A stretch of 46,463 nt of DNA from an uncultured Bacillota bacterium (GTDB lineage Bacteria; Bacillota_I; Bacilli_A; RF39; UBA660). Location: the NCBI GenBank assembly GCA_946625165.1, contig CAMOSR010000003.1, positions 1 through 46,463 of the forward strand, written 5' to 3'. The notes beneath the pieces were generated by a model. The model saw nothing but the letters and a program-made list of their open reading frames with translations, did no database searches and was not told the DNA's origin. The translations under genes and the position numbers were made by a program. This document shows, piece after piece, positions 6,927-17,771 of the stretch (the stretch's first letter is position 1; each line of letters opens with the position of its first letter).

Positions 6927-9900
6927 GTGAGTAAACTTTATAATAATTTATCTAGAAATCTTGGACCAGCTGCTTTTATACGCGGATTAAATTATAAGTC
7001 AAGCAAAGTAAAATTAATTAAATCAGAAGAAGACTTTAAACACGATAGCCGCAAACTTTATTTTAAAGTTAGCTCAGAAAGAACTTATCAGACATATGAC
7101 GTTACAATAACCGCCACTAAAAATGAAGAAGAACTGATAGACTATGCATGTAACTGTCCACAGTTTAGAAATTATCTAGCTTGTAAACACATAGCTGCTG
7201 CCGCCATTAAATATGAAGACCAATTATTTTGTGATGAAGAAATTAAGACAGATGAAGATTATGCCCTAGAATTATCATCAGAAATATTGGATGAATTTTA
7301 TATACCAAAAAGTAATAAAATTAAAAAGAAATTACAATTAGAAATTAACATAACACCAGAAAGCGACTATTACTATGGTGATTATATAACAGTAAACTAT
7401 AAAATAGGTGAGGATAAATTATATACATTAAAAGGAAAATATAATCAATTTAAAAGAAGCCTGGAAGAACAAAAACCATATCAGCTAACCACAAAATTCA
7501 TATATGACCCAGACATTCACTATTTTAGTAAAGAAGATATAGCAATCTTCGATTATTCAAGCGAAGAAGACCTAGCAAAAACAAACTTTGGCGATTATGT
7601 CTATCCAAAAGAAATAAATAAATATATGAATCTTTTAAAAAACAAATCTTATTACATAAAAGGCAAAGAATATTATGGCTACATTGAAGAAAACCCATTT
7701 GATATAGCACTTACTAAGGAAGAAGACTATTATACACTTCAAATAAATAACATTGAAAAGTTTGAACCATTAATTGAAGACACAAACATTATCTACAGTG
7801 AAGACAAAGTATATAAAATATCAAACAAATTATCTAAACTATATAACATATTATATAGAAATAGTATAGATAAAATAGTATTTAAAAAAGAAAACCTAAA
7901 TAAATTTACAAACGGACTACTTCCAATAATAAAAGACGAAATAAAAATATCAGGAGACATTCCAGAAATAATTATTGCCAAAGACCCAAAAGCAAAGCTA
8001 TATTTTGACTTTTACTATAATGACATAGAATGTGAAATAAAACTTCTATATGGTGAAAAAGAAATAAATATATTTGATAATACAGACGCTATAATGCGTA
8101 ACTATGAATATGAAAATGAAATCATAAATAAACTAAAAGAATTAAACTTTATTGTAACTGAAGAAAACAAAATAATTTTAATAGACATTGAACATATTGG
8201 ATATTTTTTAGAAAAAGCAATATTTGATTTAAATGAAGATTATGAGATCTTTACATCAGAAAAAATTAAAGATACGAAAATAATCAAAAATAGTAGTAAC
8301 TCAGTAAGTTTTTCCATTGGAAAAGACAACATACTATCATACGATTTTAAATTAGATAATATAAAAAACAGTGAATTATCAGATATCCTTCTATCACTTA
8401 AAAACAAAAAGAAATATCACAAATTAAAAAACGGTGATATCATTAACTTAAATGAAGATAGAAATATTAAAGACATAAATGAAATAACTGAAGAGCTAGA
8501 CCTAACAAATAAAGAAATAGACGAAGGTAGGGGAGTAATACCAAAATATAGAGCCATCTATTTAGACAGTTTAAAAAGTGGATATCAAGGCATAATAACA
8601 ACAAATAACAAATTTGATGAATTAATAGAAACCTTTAGAAAATATAAAGATAAAGAAATAAAATTGAAAGATAACGAACTATCCATCTTAAGAGATTACC
8701 AAATGACTGGTGTAAAGTGGCTTTACAACATTTATAAGTCAGGATTTGGTGGAATACTAGCTGACGAAATGGGCCTTGGGAAATCTATCCAATTAATATA
8801 CTTAATAAAATTAATAATTAAAGAAAATCCAAACGCCAAAATCCTTATAGTAGCCCCAACATCACTAATATATAACTGGGAAAAAGAATTTGACAAATTT
8901 GCTCCAACCTTAAACTATAAAGTATTTGCTGAAAATAAGCAGCACAGACTGAACGTGTTAGAACACACCAAAAACATAAATATCTTTATAACCTCATATG
9001 GACTAATTAGAAATGATTTTAAAGAATATGAAAATATTAACTTTGAACTAATTGCCATAGATGAAGCTCAAAACATAAAAAATCCCAAAGCTATGATAAC
9101 AAAATCAGTAAAAGGATTAAAAGCAAATACCAAACTAGCACTAACCGGAACTCCACTTGAAAATAACATCATGGAACTTTGGAGTATCTTTGACTTTATC
9201 ATGCCAGGATATCTAGCAAACAATAAAAAATTTCAAGAATTATATAACGTTAAAGATAGGATGGAAGAAAGCGTCAAAAAATTAAATAGACTAAATGAAC
9301 AAATCAAATATTTTATTTTAAGAAGAAAAAAGAAAGACGTTGTTAAAGATCTTCCAGACAAAATAGAAAACAACATCTATATTGATTTAAATCAAAATCA
9401 AAAGAAAATATATGCCGCCGAAGTTCAAAAAACTAAAGATAGTTTAGAAGAAATGATTAAAACAGAAGGCTTTGAAAAAGCCAAATTTAAAATACTACAG
9501 CTACTTACAAAATTAAGACAAATTTGTGTAGACCCATCAATCATATTTGAAAACTATAAAGGTGAAAGTTCCAAAATAGAAGAGCTTTTAAAAATAGTAA
9601 GCGAAGCTAAAGCCAACGGACACAAGATATTGATATTTACAACCTATAAAAAAGCCTTAGATTTGTTAATTCCAAAATTAAATAATTTAGATATCTCATC
9701 ATATTATATTGATGGGAGCGTACCTTCAAAAAAGAGAATAGAACTAGTGGAAAAATTTAATAGTGATGATACAGATGCCTTTGTCATAACCCTAAAAGCC
9801 GGAGGGACAGGCTTAAACTTAACCGCTGCAACCGTGGTCATCCATTTAGATTTATGGTGGAATCCACAAGTAGAAAACCAAGCAACAGATAGAGCCCATA

Positions 9901-10103
9901 GAATAGGACAAAAAAACACCGTTGAAGTTATAAGAATCATCAGTAAAGGAACCATAGAAGAACGCATACTTGAACTTCAAAATAAGAAAAGAAAACTAGC
10001 TGAACTCTTGCTAGATAATGAAAACCATAGTGAAAACGAATTTTCTAAACTCACAGAGAAAGATATTAAAATGTTACTTTCGATAGATAATCAAGAAAAA
10101 TAA
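6927..10103 (+). CDS. SWIM zinc finger + SNF2-family helicase
   Basis: CNC...CKH SWIM motif, GGILADEMGLGKS, DEAQNIKN, ALTGTPLEN, LKAGGTGLNL and QATDRAHRIGQ. Confidence 0.95.
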   Translation: MSKLYNNLSRNLGPAAFIRGLNYKSSKVKLIKSEEDFKHDSRKLYFKVSSERTYQTYDVTITATKNEEELIDYACNCPQFRNYLACKHIAAAAIKYEDQLFCDEEIKTDEDYALELSSEILDEFYIPKSNKIKKKLQLEINITPESDYYYGDYITVNYKIGEDKLYTLKGKYNQFKRSLEEQKPYQLTTKFIYDPDIHYFSKEDIAIFDYSSEEDLAKTNFGDYVYPKEINKYMNLLKNKSYYIKGKEYYGYIEENPFDIALTKEEDYYTLQINNIEKFEPLIEDTNIIYSEDKVYKISNKLSKLYNILYRNSIDKIVFKKENLNKFTNGLLPIIKDEIKISGDIPEIIIAKDPKAKLYFDFYYNDIECEIKLLYGEKEINIFDNTDAIMRNYEYENEIINKLKELNFIVTEENKIILIDIEHIGYFLEKAIFDLNEDYEIFTSEKIKDTKIIKNSSNSVSFSIGKDNILSYDFKLDNIKNSELSDILLSLKNKKKYHKLKNGDIINLNEDRNIKDINEITEELDLTNKEIDEGRGVIPKYRAIYLDSLKSGYQGIITTNNKFDELIETFRKYKDKEIKLKDNELSILRDYQMTGVKWLYNIYKSGFGGILADEMGLGKSIQLIYLIKLIIKENPNAKILIVAPTSLIYNWEKEFDKFAPTLNYKVFAENKQHRLNVLEHTKNINIFITSYGLIRNDFKEYENINFELIAIDEAQNIKNPKAMITKSVKGLKANTKLALTGTPLENNIMELWSIFDFIMPGYLANNKKFQELYNVKDRMEESVKKLNRLNEQIKYFILRRKKKDVVKDLPDKIENNIYIDLNQNQKKIYAAEVQKTKDSLEEMIKTEGFEKAKFKILQLLTKLRQICVDPSIIFENYKGESSKIEELLKIVSEAKANGHKILIFTTYKKALDLLIPKLNNLDISSYYIDGSVPSKKRIELVEKFNSDDTDAFVITLKAGGTGLNLTAATVVIHLDLWWNPQVENQATDRAHRIGQKNTVEVIRIISKGTIEERILELQNKKRKLAELLLDNENHSENEFSKLTEKDIKMLLSIDNQEK

Positions 10104-10112
10104 GAAAAAGGC

Positions 10113-10141
10113 TTGAAAAAAGACATATTTATTGATAAAAT
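10113..10141 (+). promoter_or_regulatory. sigmaA promoter of tRNA-His
   Basis: TTGAAA-N17-TAAAAT with an extended -10 TG. Confidence 0.6.
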
Positions 10142-10158
10142 ATATATGTCTTTCAAAT

Positions 10159-10235
10159 GGCGGAATTGGTGAAGTGGTTAACACGGCGGATTGTGGTTCC
10201 GTTATGCATCGGTTCGATCCCGATATTCCGCCCCA
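10159..10235 (+). tRNA. tRNA-His (GTG)
   Basis: Cloverleaf with G-1, acceptor stem GCGGAAT/ATTCCGC, anticodon loop TTGTGGT, TTCGATC T-loop, C discriminator and encoded CCA. Confidence 0.95.
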
Positions 10236-10245
10236 TAGAGAGAAT

Positions 10246-10286
10246 AACGAGTTTGTCTTTAAAATCAAAAGATAAATTCGTTTTTT
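10246..10286 (+). terminator. Terminator after tRNA-His
   Basis: aacgagtttgtcttt / aaagataaattcgtt hairpin (G-U pairs) with a T-run. Confidence 0.55.
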
Positions 10287-10355
10287 ATTAATAAAAATAT
10301 AGGAATCAAGTTTAACAAAACCATTAAAATTATAATTGTTTTACGTACTAAACAT

Positions 10356-10384
10356 AAAAAATCAACTTTTAAAGTTGATTTTTT
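10356..10384. terminator. Inverted repeat, likely dxs terminator
   Basis: aaaaaatcaacttt-t-aaagttgattttt between convergent units. Confidence 0.55.
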
Positions 10385-10419
10385 ATACATATTTAATAAA
10401 AACAAATAAGTAAAAGAGA

Positions 10420-12240
10420 TTACTCTTTTTTTGGAATTACATTATACCTTTTTTCAAGTTCGCTCACACCACCGTGTTTTATAAACTCATCAGGCCAACC
10501 ATATTTTTTAAATTTAATATTGCTTAAGTTTTCTTCAATAATTAGCTCTTCTATCGCAGTACCCAAGCCACCAATAGCTGTTCCATCTTCTATAGTAATG
10601 ACATTTCTAGTTTTCGATATAGAACTTTTAATAGTACTCTTATCCAAAGGTTTTAGGAATCTGACGTTGACTACTTCAGCCTCTATGCCTTCTTTTTTAT
10701 AATCTAAAGCAAGTCTTAAAGCATCAGAAACTCTATTTCCAATAGCAATAATACTTATATCAGAGCCATACTTAATTATTTCAGCTTTGCCATATTTAAT
10801 AGAATTATGTTTAGTAAACTTTTCACCTTCTGAACCTCTAGGATATCTTATGATTACGGGCTTATTAAGATTGATAGAAAACTCTAACATATCTTCAAGT
10901 TCTTTAAAATCTTTTGGTGCCATTATCGTCAAATTAGGAATGATTCTAAAGCAAGCCATATCAAAATTGCCATGATGCGTTTCACCATCAGCCCCAACAA
11001 CACCAGCTCTATCAATGCACATTACAACCGGCAAATTCTGCATCGCTATATCATGAATAACCTGATCATAAGCCCTTTGATAAAATGATGAATATATTGG
11101 AACAATAGGAATCATTCCTTCTTTAGCCATGCCCGCTGCCATTGTTAAAGCGTGCTGCTCGGCAATCCCAACATCAAAAAATCTATCTTTAAACTCTTCA
11201 CTAAATTTAGAAAGACCTGTGCCATCTTTCATGGCTGCCGTAATAGCCACAATTCTATTGTTTTTTCTTGCTAAACTAACTAGCTTGTCACCAAAGACTT
11301 TCGAATAGTCTTTTTGTTTTTTGACAAGCGTTTTCCCTGTTTCAATATTAAACGGACTAATTCCATGAAATTTATCAGGATTATCTTCAGCAATCTTATA
11401 TCCTTTTCCCTTTTTAGTAAGTACATGCACAAGAACAGGACCATCTACTTTTTTACTATAGTTTAATATGTTTTGTAAATGTTCAATATTATGACCGTCA
11501 ACTGGACCTAAATAAGTAAAACCTATATCCTCAAAAAACATTTTAGATATGAATAGCTGCTTAATACTTTTTTTAATTCTTTGAACTATCTTAACAAGAA
11601 TACAGCCTATACCAGGGATTTTACTTACGGTCTTCTTAATTTTAGAATCCGACTTGGTATATAATTTTTTAGTCCTAAGTTTACCTAAAAACATGTTTAG
11701 ACCGCCTAAGTTTTTAGATATACTCATTTCATTGTCATTTAAAACAACAGTTATATTAGTGTTACTAAATCCAGCATCGTTTAAAGCCTCAAGTGCCATG
11801 CCACCGGTTAAAGCACCATCACCAATTACCGCAATAACCCTATTATTTTCACCTTTTAAATCTCTAGCTCTTGCCATACCTAAAGCTGCAGAAATAGATG
11901 TACTACTATGTCCAGTATTAAATGAATCATATTTTGATTCCGATGCTTTTGGAAAACCAGCAATGCCATCAAGTCTCCTTAAAGTATCTAACTTTCTTCC
12001 CGTAAGTAGTTTATAAACATAAGTCTGATGACCAACATCCCAAATAATTTTATCGTTTGGAAGATCGTATACGCTAAGTAAAGCAATTGTAAGTTCAGTT
12101 ATTCCCAAATTAGAAGCCAAATGCCCACCATTTTTAGAAACTATATTTAAAACATATTCCCTAATTTCCTCGGCAAGTTTTTTCTTTTCCTCCAAAGTCA
12201 ATTTTTTTAAATCATTAGGATTATTAATCCTATCCAACAT
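10420..12240 (-). CDS. dxs: 1-deoxy-D-xylulose-5-phosphate synthase
   Basis: GGHLASNLG, WDVGHQ, GHSSTSISA, GDGALTGG...NDN, GIAEQHA and DRAGVVGADGETH. Confidence 0.97.
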   Translation of the reverse strand: MLDRINNPNDLKKLTLEEKKKLAEEIREYVLNIVSKNGGHLASNLGITELTIALLSVYDLPNDKIIWDVGHQTYVYKLLTGRKLDTLRRLDGIAGFPKASESKYDSFNTGHSSTSISAALGMARARDLKGENNRVIAVIGDGALTGGMALEALNDAGFSNTNITVVLNDNEMSISKNLGGLNMFLGKLRTKKLYTKSDSKIKKTVSKIPGIGCILVKIVQRIKKSIKQLFISKMFFEDIGFTYLGPVDGHNIEHLQNILNYSKKVDGPVLVHVLTKKGKGYKIAEDNPDKFHGISPFNIETGKTLVKKQKDYSKVFGDKLVSLARKNNRIVAITAAMKDGTGLSKFSEEFKDRFFDVGIAEQHALTMAAGMAKEGMIPIVPIYSSFYQRAYDQVIHDIAMQNLPVVMCIDRAGVVGADGETHHGNFDMACFRIIPNLTIMAPKDFKELEDMLEFSINLNKPVIIRYPRGSEGEKFTKHNSIKYGKAEIIKYGSDISIIAIGNRVSDALRLALDYKKEGIEAEVVNVRFLKPLDKSTIKSSISKTRNVITIEDGTAIGGLGTAIEELIIEENLSNIKFKKYGWPDEFIKHGGVSELEKRYNVIPKKE

Positions 12241-12567
12241 AAAATCACTTCCAGTTTTATTAGTGACTATATATTACCATATTTTTGCTGTTTTTTCCAT
12301 CACCAAATAATAGAAAAAAGTTCAGTATAATATGAACGTTATTAATTGCATTATAAATAGTGCTGGTAAGTAAATCACCAATACTGTCTTTAGTATAAAA
12401 AAGATTTATATGATTAATTAAAGTTACCATAAAAGGAAGAATTTCATCAGCCACCTATTACCAGTTTATTTATCAAAAATATTGCGCATAAGCACTATTT
12501 GAAAAAAAGAAGCATTTCTGCCTCTAATCTAGGATACTAATAGTATCAATATAATAACGCATAGACA

Positions 12568-12820
12568 TCAGTTCTTTCTGTTTTTCCCTCTTAAAATAGC
12601 AAGTTCTTGACTTAAATCAATAATTTTAAGCTGAAGTTCAGAAATAAGTTTACTATTTCTAAAACAAATAAATAGTAATGATGGTGAGTATGCTATATTT
12701 AACTTTTCAGCAAAATAATCAATTGAATATGGAAAAATTGATAATAAAAGCATAACAACTGATAAAAATACCCACCAAAAACTTTCCTTTATAGGAATTT
12801 TCTTGTTTGCTGTGCTTACC
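12568..12820 (-). pseudogene. Truncated DUF2304-like membrane protein remnant
   Basis: KESFWWV...LSIFPYSI...LNIAYSPSLLF|ICFRNSKLISELQLKIIDLSQELA. It has no RBS or start of its own, abuts the glmS stop, and lacks the N-terminus and part of one TM helix. Confidence 0.6.
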
Positions 12821-14572
12821 TTATTCAACTGTAACACTTTTAGCTAAATTCTTAGGCTTGTCAATATCACAGCCTCTAAGTTTAGCCACTTCATAAGCAA
12901 TTAATTGTAGACAAGGCACAATCAATATTGCTTGGAAAAATTCACTAATTTTAGGTACAATAATTTGCCTATCATAGCCACTAACCAGCTTGTTGCTAAC
13001 GATAATAACTTTAGCCCCTCTAGATTTAACTTCTTCTATGTTAGAAATGGTTTTGTCCCTTATGTCATCATCAGTAATAATTCCAAATACTGGAGTCCCA
13101 TCCTCAATTAGAGAAATGGTTCCATGTTTAAGTTCACCAGCCTGGTAAGCTTCGCTATGCAAATAAGAAACTTCTTTTAATTTCAAACTTCCTTCCATAC
13201 AAATCGCATAGTCGACTTTTCTACCAATAAAGAACACATCATTATTTTTATAAATTTCCTTAGCTAAATTTAAATATCGATCTCTATCATCTAATATTTC
13301 TTTAACATATCTAGGCAACTTTTTAATTTCAGATATTATGTTTTCAGAATGTGAAGCTTTATAAGCAAGCAAGCCAAATATGGCTACTTGTAAAATATAA
13401 GCCTTAGTTGTTGCCACGGCAATCTCAGGCCCAGCTTCTATAAAAATTTGTTTATCTGTTTCTCTAGCAATAGTTGACGTTTTAACATTTACTATTGCAA
13501 GTGTATCAATACCATTTTCTTTAGCCTTCCGCATAGCTGCAATTGTATCAGCCGTCTCCCCAGATTGTGAAACTAAAATAACCAAAGTTTTTCGATCATA
13601 AATTATTTTCTTATATCTATACTCACTAGCTACTTCACATATAACCCTAATGCCAGCTTTTTCTTCAAGTAAAGCTTTACCAATCATACCTGCATACATA
13701 GCCGAACCGCAGGCTACAACATGAATCTCTTCATAGTCTCCTAAATCAGGCACCAATGACATATCATCTAAAAAAGTTTTTAAAGTGTTTTCAAGCAAAA
13801 TAGGTTCTTCCATTATTTCCTTTAACATATAATGTTCATAACCTTGCTTATCCTTATCTTCCGCCTTTATATCAGCAGTTAAAACTTCTTTATTAATTTC
13901 TTTGCCATCCTTAAATAGCTTAACCTCACTATCAGATATTACCGCTATTTCGCCTTCCTCTAAAAGCATATATTTATTTGTATAATTTATGATTGCTGTA
14001 ATATCAGACGCAATGTAATTCTCGTTATCACTAATTCCAACAATTAAAGGAGAACCTTTTCGCACTGCATATAAATTGTTATTACCTTCAAACATTATTC
14101 CAAAGGCATAAGAACCCGTAAGCTCATCTATAGCATTTTCTATTGCTTTAACTTCATCACCATCATAATAGTAATTTATTAGCCCACAAGCAACTTCAGT
14201 ATCAGTATCGCTATTAAATTTGACACCTTCTTTTAATAAACGCTCCTTAATCTCACTAGCATTTTCAATAATTCCATTATGAACTAAAGTAACTTTTCCC
14301 ACATGATGAGGGTGCGCATTATTTTCGGTAGGTGCTCCGTGAGTCGCCCATCTAGTATGTGCAATTCCAATATTAGATTCAATTAAAGAAGAACAATCGA
14401 TCTTTTCTTCTAAATTTTTAATTTTACCTACACTCTTAATAATTTGCGTTTCATCTTCATTTTTTAAAGCTATACCAGCAGAATCATAACCCCTATATTC
14501 AAGAGCTTTAAGACCAGCTAGTAACACATCTTTCGGATTATGCTTACCCACATATCCAACAATTCCACACAT
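12821..14572 (-). CDS. glmS: Glutamine--fructose-6-phosphate transaminase (isomerizing)
   Basis: MCGIVG, LEYRGYDSAG, HTRWATHG, SQSGETADT and C-terminal DKPKNLAKSVTVE. Confidence 0.98.
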   Translation of the reverse strand: MCGIVGYVGKHNPKDVLLAGLKALEYRGYDSAGIALKNEDETQIIKSVGKIKNLEEKIDCSSLIESNIGIAHTRWATHGAPTENNAHPHHVGKVTLVHNGIIENASEIKERLLKEGVKFNSDTDTEVACGLINYYYDGDEVKAIENAIDELTGSYAFGIMFEGNNNLYAVRKGSPLIVGISDNENYIASDITAIINYTNKYMLLEEGEIAVISDSEVKLFKDGKEINKEVLTADIKAEDKDKQGYEHYMLKEIMEEPILLENTLKTFLDDMSLVPDLGDYEEIHVVACGSAMYAGMIGKALLEEKAGIRVICEVASEYRYKKIIYDRKTLVILVSQSGETADTIAAMRKAKENGIDTLAIVNVKTSTIARETDKQIFIEAGPEIAVATTKAYILQVAIFGLLAYKASHSENIISEIKKLPRYVKEILDDRDRYLNLAKEIYKNNDVFFIGRKVDYAICMEGSLKLKEVSYLHSEAYQAGELKHGTISLIEDGTPVFGIITDDDIRDKTISNIEEVKSRGAKVIIVSNKLVSGYDRQIIVPKISEFFQAILIVPCLQLIAYEVAKLRGCDIDKPKNLAKSVTVE

Positions 14573-14599
14573 ATAAATTCCTCCACTATAAAAAAATAT

Positions 14600-14740
14600 A
14601 GTGTTGATATATGCTTTGTTATAATTTTGATTTTATTTTTTAACAATATATCTTACGAACCACTTTTATCCGTAGTAGCACCCGCCGAATTTTCGATCAC
14701 TACTAACCTCGTCAGCATATTAGCTCTGGCGCTTAAACGA
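14600..14740 (-). ncRNA. glmS ribozyme (GlcN6P-activated)
   Basis: Minus strand aAGCGCCAGAgctaatatgcTGACGAGG...GATCGAaaaTTCGGCGGGTG core in the glmS leader. Cleavage A^G predicted between 14733 and 14732; the 3' boundary is approximate. Confidence 0.92.
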
Positions 14741-14892
14741 TGTTACAACCTTCCTATCATCATTCTACCTATATTATATACAATTGAAGAAAAAAAGGCA
14801 ACTTATGTGAAAAAAAACACGCACATTACCGCAATTCATGATATAATAAAAATAGTTTAGAAAATAAAGAATAAACAGGAGGCAAGTATAAA

Positions 14893-15426
14893 GTGACTGG
14901 AGTAATATTATTTAGATTTATTAGTACACTTATAATTATGTTACTGATATTATCAGTTATAGTGGTAGTTTTGATGGCCATAATTAGCACACTTAAATCA
15001 AAAGATAGCATTGATGAATATATGGAAAGTAAAAAACAAGAAAATTTAATAGACAAATTTCATGAAAAGTTAGATATTGTAAGTTCTCAGACAACACAGG
15101 AAATCCTAGAGTGCCTAATAGATATGGAAAAATTAGATCACATCTATGAACAAATTATAAAAAATGATAAAAACTTCATGGATGAAATTTCGTATCTTAA
15201 ATTAAAGGAAAAAACTTTAGCTAATATCATTGATGAGAAAATATACAAAATTAAAAGCGGTACTAAAATTAAAGAAAAATTTAAGGCTCTTTTAGATGAA
15301 ATAGAAGCGTGCAGAGAAAGATACCCACAGTATAATGCTGTATACGTTGAAAAAGCCAATATAATAAAGAAAAAAATAGAACCAAAAAAAGCCAAAACTA
15401 AAGAAAATAAAGAAACAATAAACTAA
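14893..15426 (+). CDS. Hypothetical membrane-anchored helical protein
   Basis: AGGAGG RBS, GTG start, N-terminal hydrophobic helix and a charged helical remainder. Confidence 0.7.
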   Translation: MTGVILFRFISTLIIMLLILSVIVVVLMAIISTLKSKDSIDEYMESKKQENLIDKFHEKLDIVSSQTTQEILECLIDMEKLDHIYEQIIKNDKNFMDEISYLKLKEKTLANIIDEKIYKIKSGTKIKEKFKALLDEIEACRERYPQYNAVYVEKANIIKKKIEPKKAKTKENKETIN

Positions 15427-15479
15427 GGAACCCCAACCTTAGCTTTTTAAATGTGTTATAATTAAAAAGGTGATGTAAG

Positions 15480-17771
15480 ATGCTTGATAATATTAAAAAT
15501 AGTGACCTGGTAATCACTCCAACTTATATAAAAAATGACATATTAAAAGAAACGTCTGAAAAAAAGGAAATAATAAACTGTAAATTTATGACAATAGAAG
15601 AGTTTAAAAGAAAATCCTTTGAAACATATGATGAACACTCAATTTACTACCTAATGAAAAACTATAATTTAAAATATGATGCAGCCAAGGAATATTTAGA
15701 TAATATCTTTTTAGACTTTAAAGATATAAAACCATATTATGAAAAACTAAAAGAAGAAAAATTACTTGTTAATAATAGATTTTTTAGACCAAATAATATT
15801 ACTGTAATAGGCTACGAACATATTGAAGCTTATTTGTTAAAAGAATTAAATAAATATAATGTAAGATTTATAAAAGAAAAAAAAGAGGACTATATTCACC
15901 AAGTACATGAGTTTGATACCGAAACAGAAGAATTAGTATATACCGCCACAAAAATAATCAAAGACTTAAAAAACATAGACATAAATGATATGTATCTAGT
16001 AATACCAAGTGACGAGTACTTAATAGAACTTTCCAGAATATTTACCCTATTTAACATACCTTTAAATATAAAATCAAATCAAAGCATTTATAGCACAAAA
16101 ACAGCTAGAGATTTTTTAAGTAGTTTAAAAGAAACAAAAAATATAGAAATTTCACTAGAAAAAACACCACAAAACGAAATATATAATCACATAATTGATT
16201 TATTAAATAAATATACCTTTATAAAAAAAATAGATAATACCTTTATAGAAATAATTGAAAGTGAAATCAAAAAAATAAAATTAAAAACAAATAATATTGA
16301 AGGAGCGCTTAAAGTAATTAACTTTAAAGATATCTATGATAAGAATAAATATTATTATATTTTAGGCTTAAATCAAAACCTAATTCCGAAAATTCATGAA
16401 GAAGATGGCCTCATAGATGACAAAACAAAAAAGGCCCTTGGGCTATTCACCTCTGGCCAATTAAATAAGATAGAAAAAGAAAAGACTATAGATATTCTCA
16501 CGCACTATCCTCATGTACACGCGTCATATAAGTTAAAAGATAATTTTAATAGTTATTACCCTTCGTCCATCATATCTGATCTAAACATCGAAGTAATAAA
16601 AGAAAATCAAACTGAGCTTAAATACTCAAATAGCTATAATAAATTACTACTTGGAAGCATGTTAGATGACTATACAAACTATAATGAAGAAGACCAAAGA
16701 ATAGAAATTTTATATCCCAATTACCCTAAACTTCAATATAAAACCTACAATAATGATTATACTGGGGTCGATAAACAAAAAATAAAAGAATATCTAAAAA
16801 GCCATCTGACTCTTTCATATTCAAGTATGAATAATTACTTTTTGTGTCCCTTTAAATTCTACATTCAAAATATATTAAAACTAAACAAAAGTGAAGAAAC
16901 ATTCCCAATACTAATTGGTAATCTTTTTCATCACATTCTTCAAAATCTTTACAGTGAAGGCTTTGATTTAGACACATATTATACAGACTATCTTAAGAAT
17001 AAGTCCCTTACCTCTAAAGAAATGTTTTTTACAGAAAAGCTAAAGAACGTTTTGAAAGAAGATATAAAAGTAATAAATATGCAAGATAGCCACAGCTCGT
17101 TTAAAAATAGACTTACAGAAAAGAAAATAGTGATAGAAAAGAATCAAAACCTCAAAACAACATTTATGGGCATAGTCGATAAGCTTAGTTTTTTAAATAA
17201 TTATGTCGTGATTACCGATTATAAGACTGGTAATATCGAAGCCACGTTAGATAATATTACTGACGGACTTAATCTTCAACTTCCAGCATATATATATTTA
17301 ATCAAAAATGGATATGAAAAAGATAAAAAAATCGTTGGTTTTTATCTTCAAAAATTATTAAATAATATTATCGTAGATGATAAAGAAGATAATAAAAACA
17401 AATTAAAACTAAACGGATATACAATAAATGAGGAGACCATAATCGAAAAAATCGATGATACCTATGAAAATAGTGAAGTTATTAAAGGAATGAAAAAAAC
17501 CAAAAACGGTTTTTACACCTATACCAAACTTATTAAAGATAGTGAAATAGATTTAATAGAAAACATAGTAGATAAAAACATAGATAAAGTAATTAAAGCT
17601 GTAGAAAAAGCCGACTTTAAAATAAATCCTAAAAGATTAAATAACAAATTAATAAGCTGTGAGTACTGTAAATTTAGAGATTTGTGTTACCGCAAAGAAG
17701 AAGATATAACCACACTAACGCCAAAGACATTTAAAGAGATAGTAGGTGATATTGATGACAAACTGGACTAA
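15480..17771 (+). CDS. addB: ATP-dependent helicase/nuclease subunit B (AddB/RexB-like)
   Basis: C-terminal PD-(D/E)xK nuclease (GIVDK...DYKTG, LQLPAY), Fe-S cysteines CPF and CEYC..RDLC. Overlaps addA. Confidence 0.85.
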   Translation: MLDNIKNSDLVITPTYIKNDILKETSEKKEIINCKFMTIEEFKRKSFETYDEHSIYYLMKNYNLKYDAAKEYLDNIFLDFKDIKPYYEKLKEEKLLVNNRFFRPNNITVIGYEHIEAYLLKELNKYNVRFIKEKKEDYIHQVHEFDTETEELVYTATKIIKDLKNIDINDMYLVIPSDEYLIELSRIFTLFNIPLNIKSNQSIYSTKTARDFLSSLKETKNIEISLEKTPQNEIYNHIIDLLNKYTFIKKIDNTFIEIIESEIKKIKLKTNNIEGALKVINFKDIYDKNKYYYILGLNQNLIPKIHEEDGLIDDKTKKALGLFTSGQLNKIEKEKTIDILTHYPHVHASYKLKDNFNSYYPSSIISDLNIEVIKENQTELKYSNSYNKLLLGSMLDDYTNYNEEDQRIEILYPNYPKLQYKTYNNDYTGVDKQKIKEYLKSHLTLSYSSMNNYFLCPFKFYIQNILKLNKSEETFPILIGNLFHHILQNLYSEGFDLDTYYTDYLKNKSLTSKEMFFTEKLKNVLKEDIKVINMQDSHSSFKNRLTEKKIVIEKNQNLKTTFMGIVDKLSFLNNYVVITDYKTGNIEATLDNITDGLNLQLPAYIYLIKNGYEKDKKIVGFYLQKLLNNIIVDDKEDNKNKLKLNGYTINEETIIEKIDDTYENSEVIKGMKKTKNGFYTYTKLIKDSEIDLIENIVDKNIDKVIKAVEKADFKINPKRLNNKLISCEYCKFRDLCYRKEEDITTLTPKTFKEIVGDIDDKLD

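Noticed and set aside
10159-10235. tRNA-His as an integration site for the element
   Set aside because: No duplicated tRNA 3' end was seen, and the recombinase junction maps to cotJC.
12481-12508. ATTGCGCATAA resembling the XerC arm of a dif site
   Set aside because: No XerD arm (TTATGT...) follows the 6-bp spacer.
12790-12860. attTn7-type insertion at the glmS 3' end
   Set aside because: No Tn7 ends or tns genes are present; the adjacent DNA looks like a deletion remnant.
14540-14860. 106-aa plus-strand ORF over the glmS leader
   Set aside because: Antisense to the glmS start and ribozyme, with no RBS or motif.
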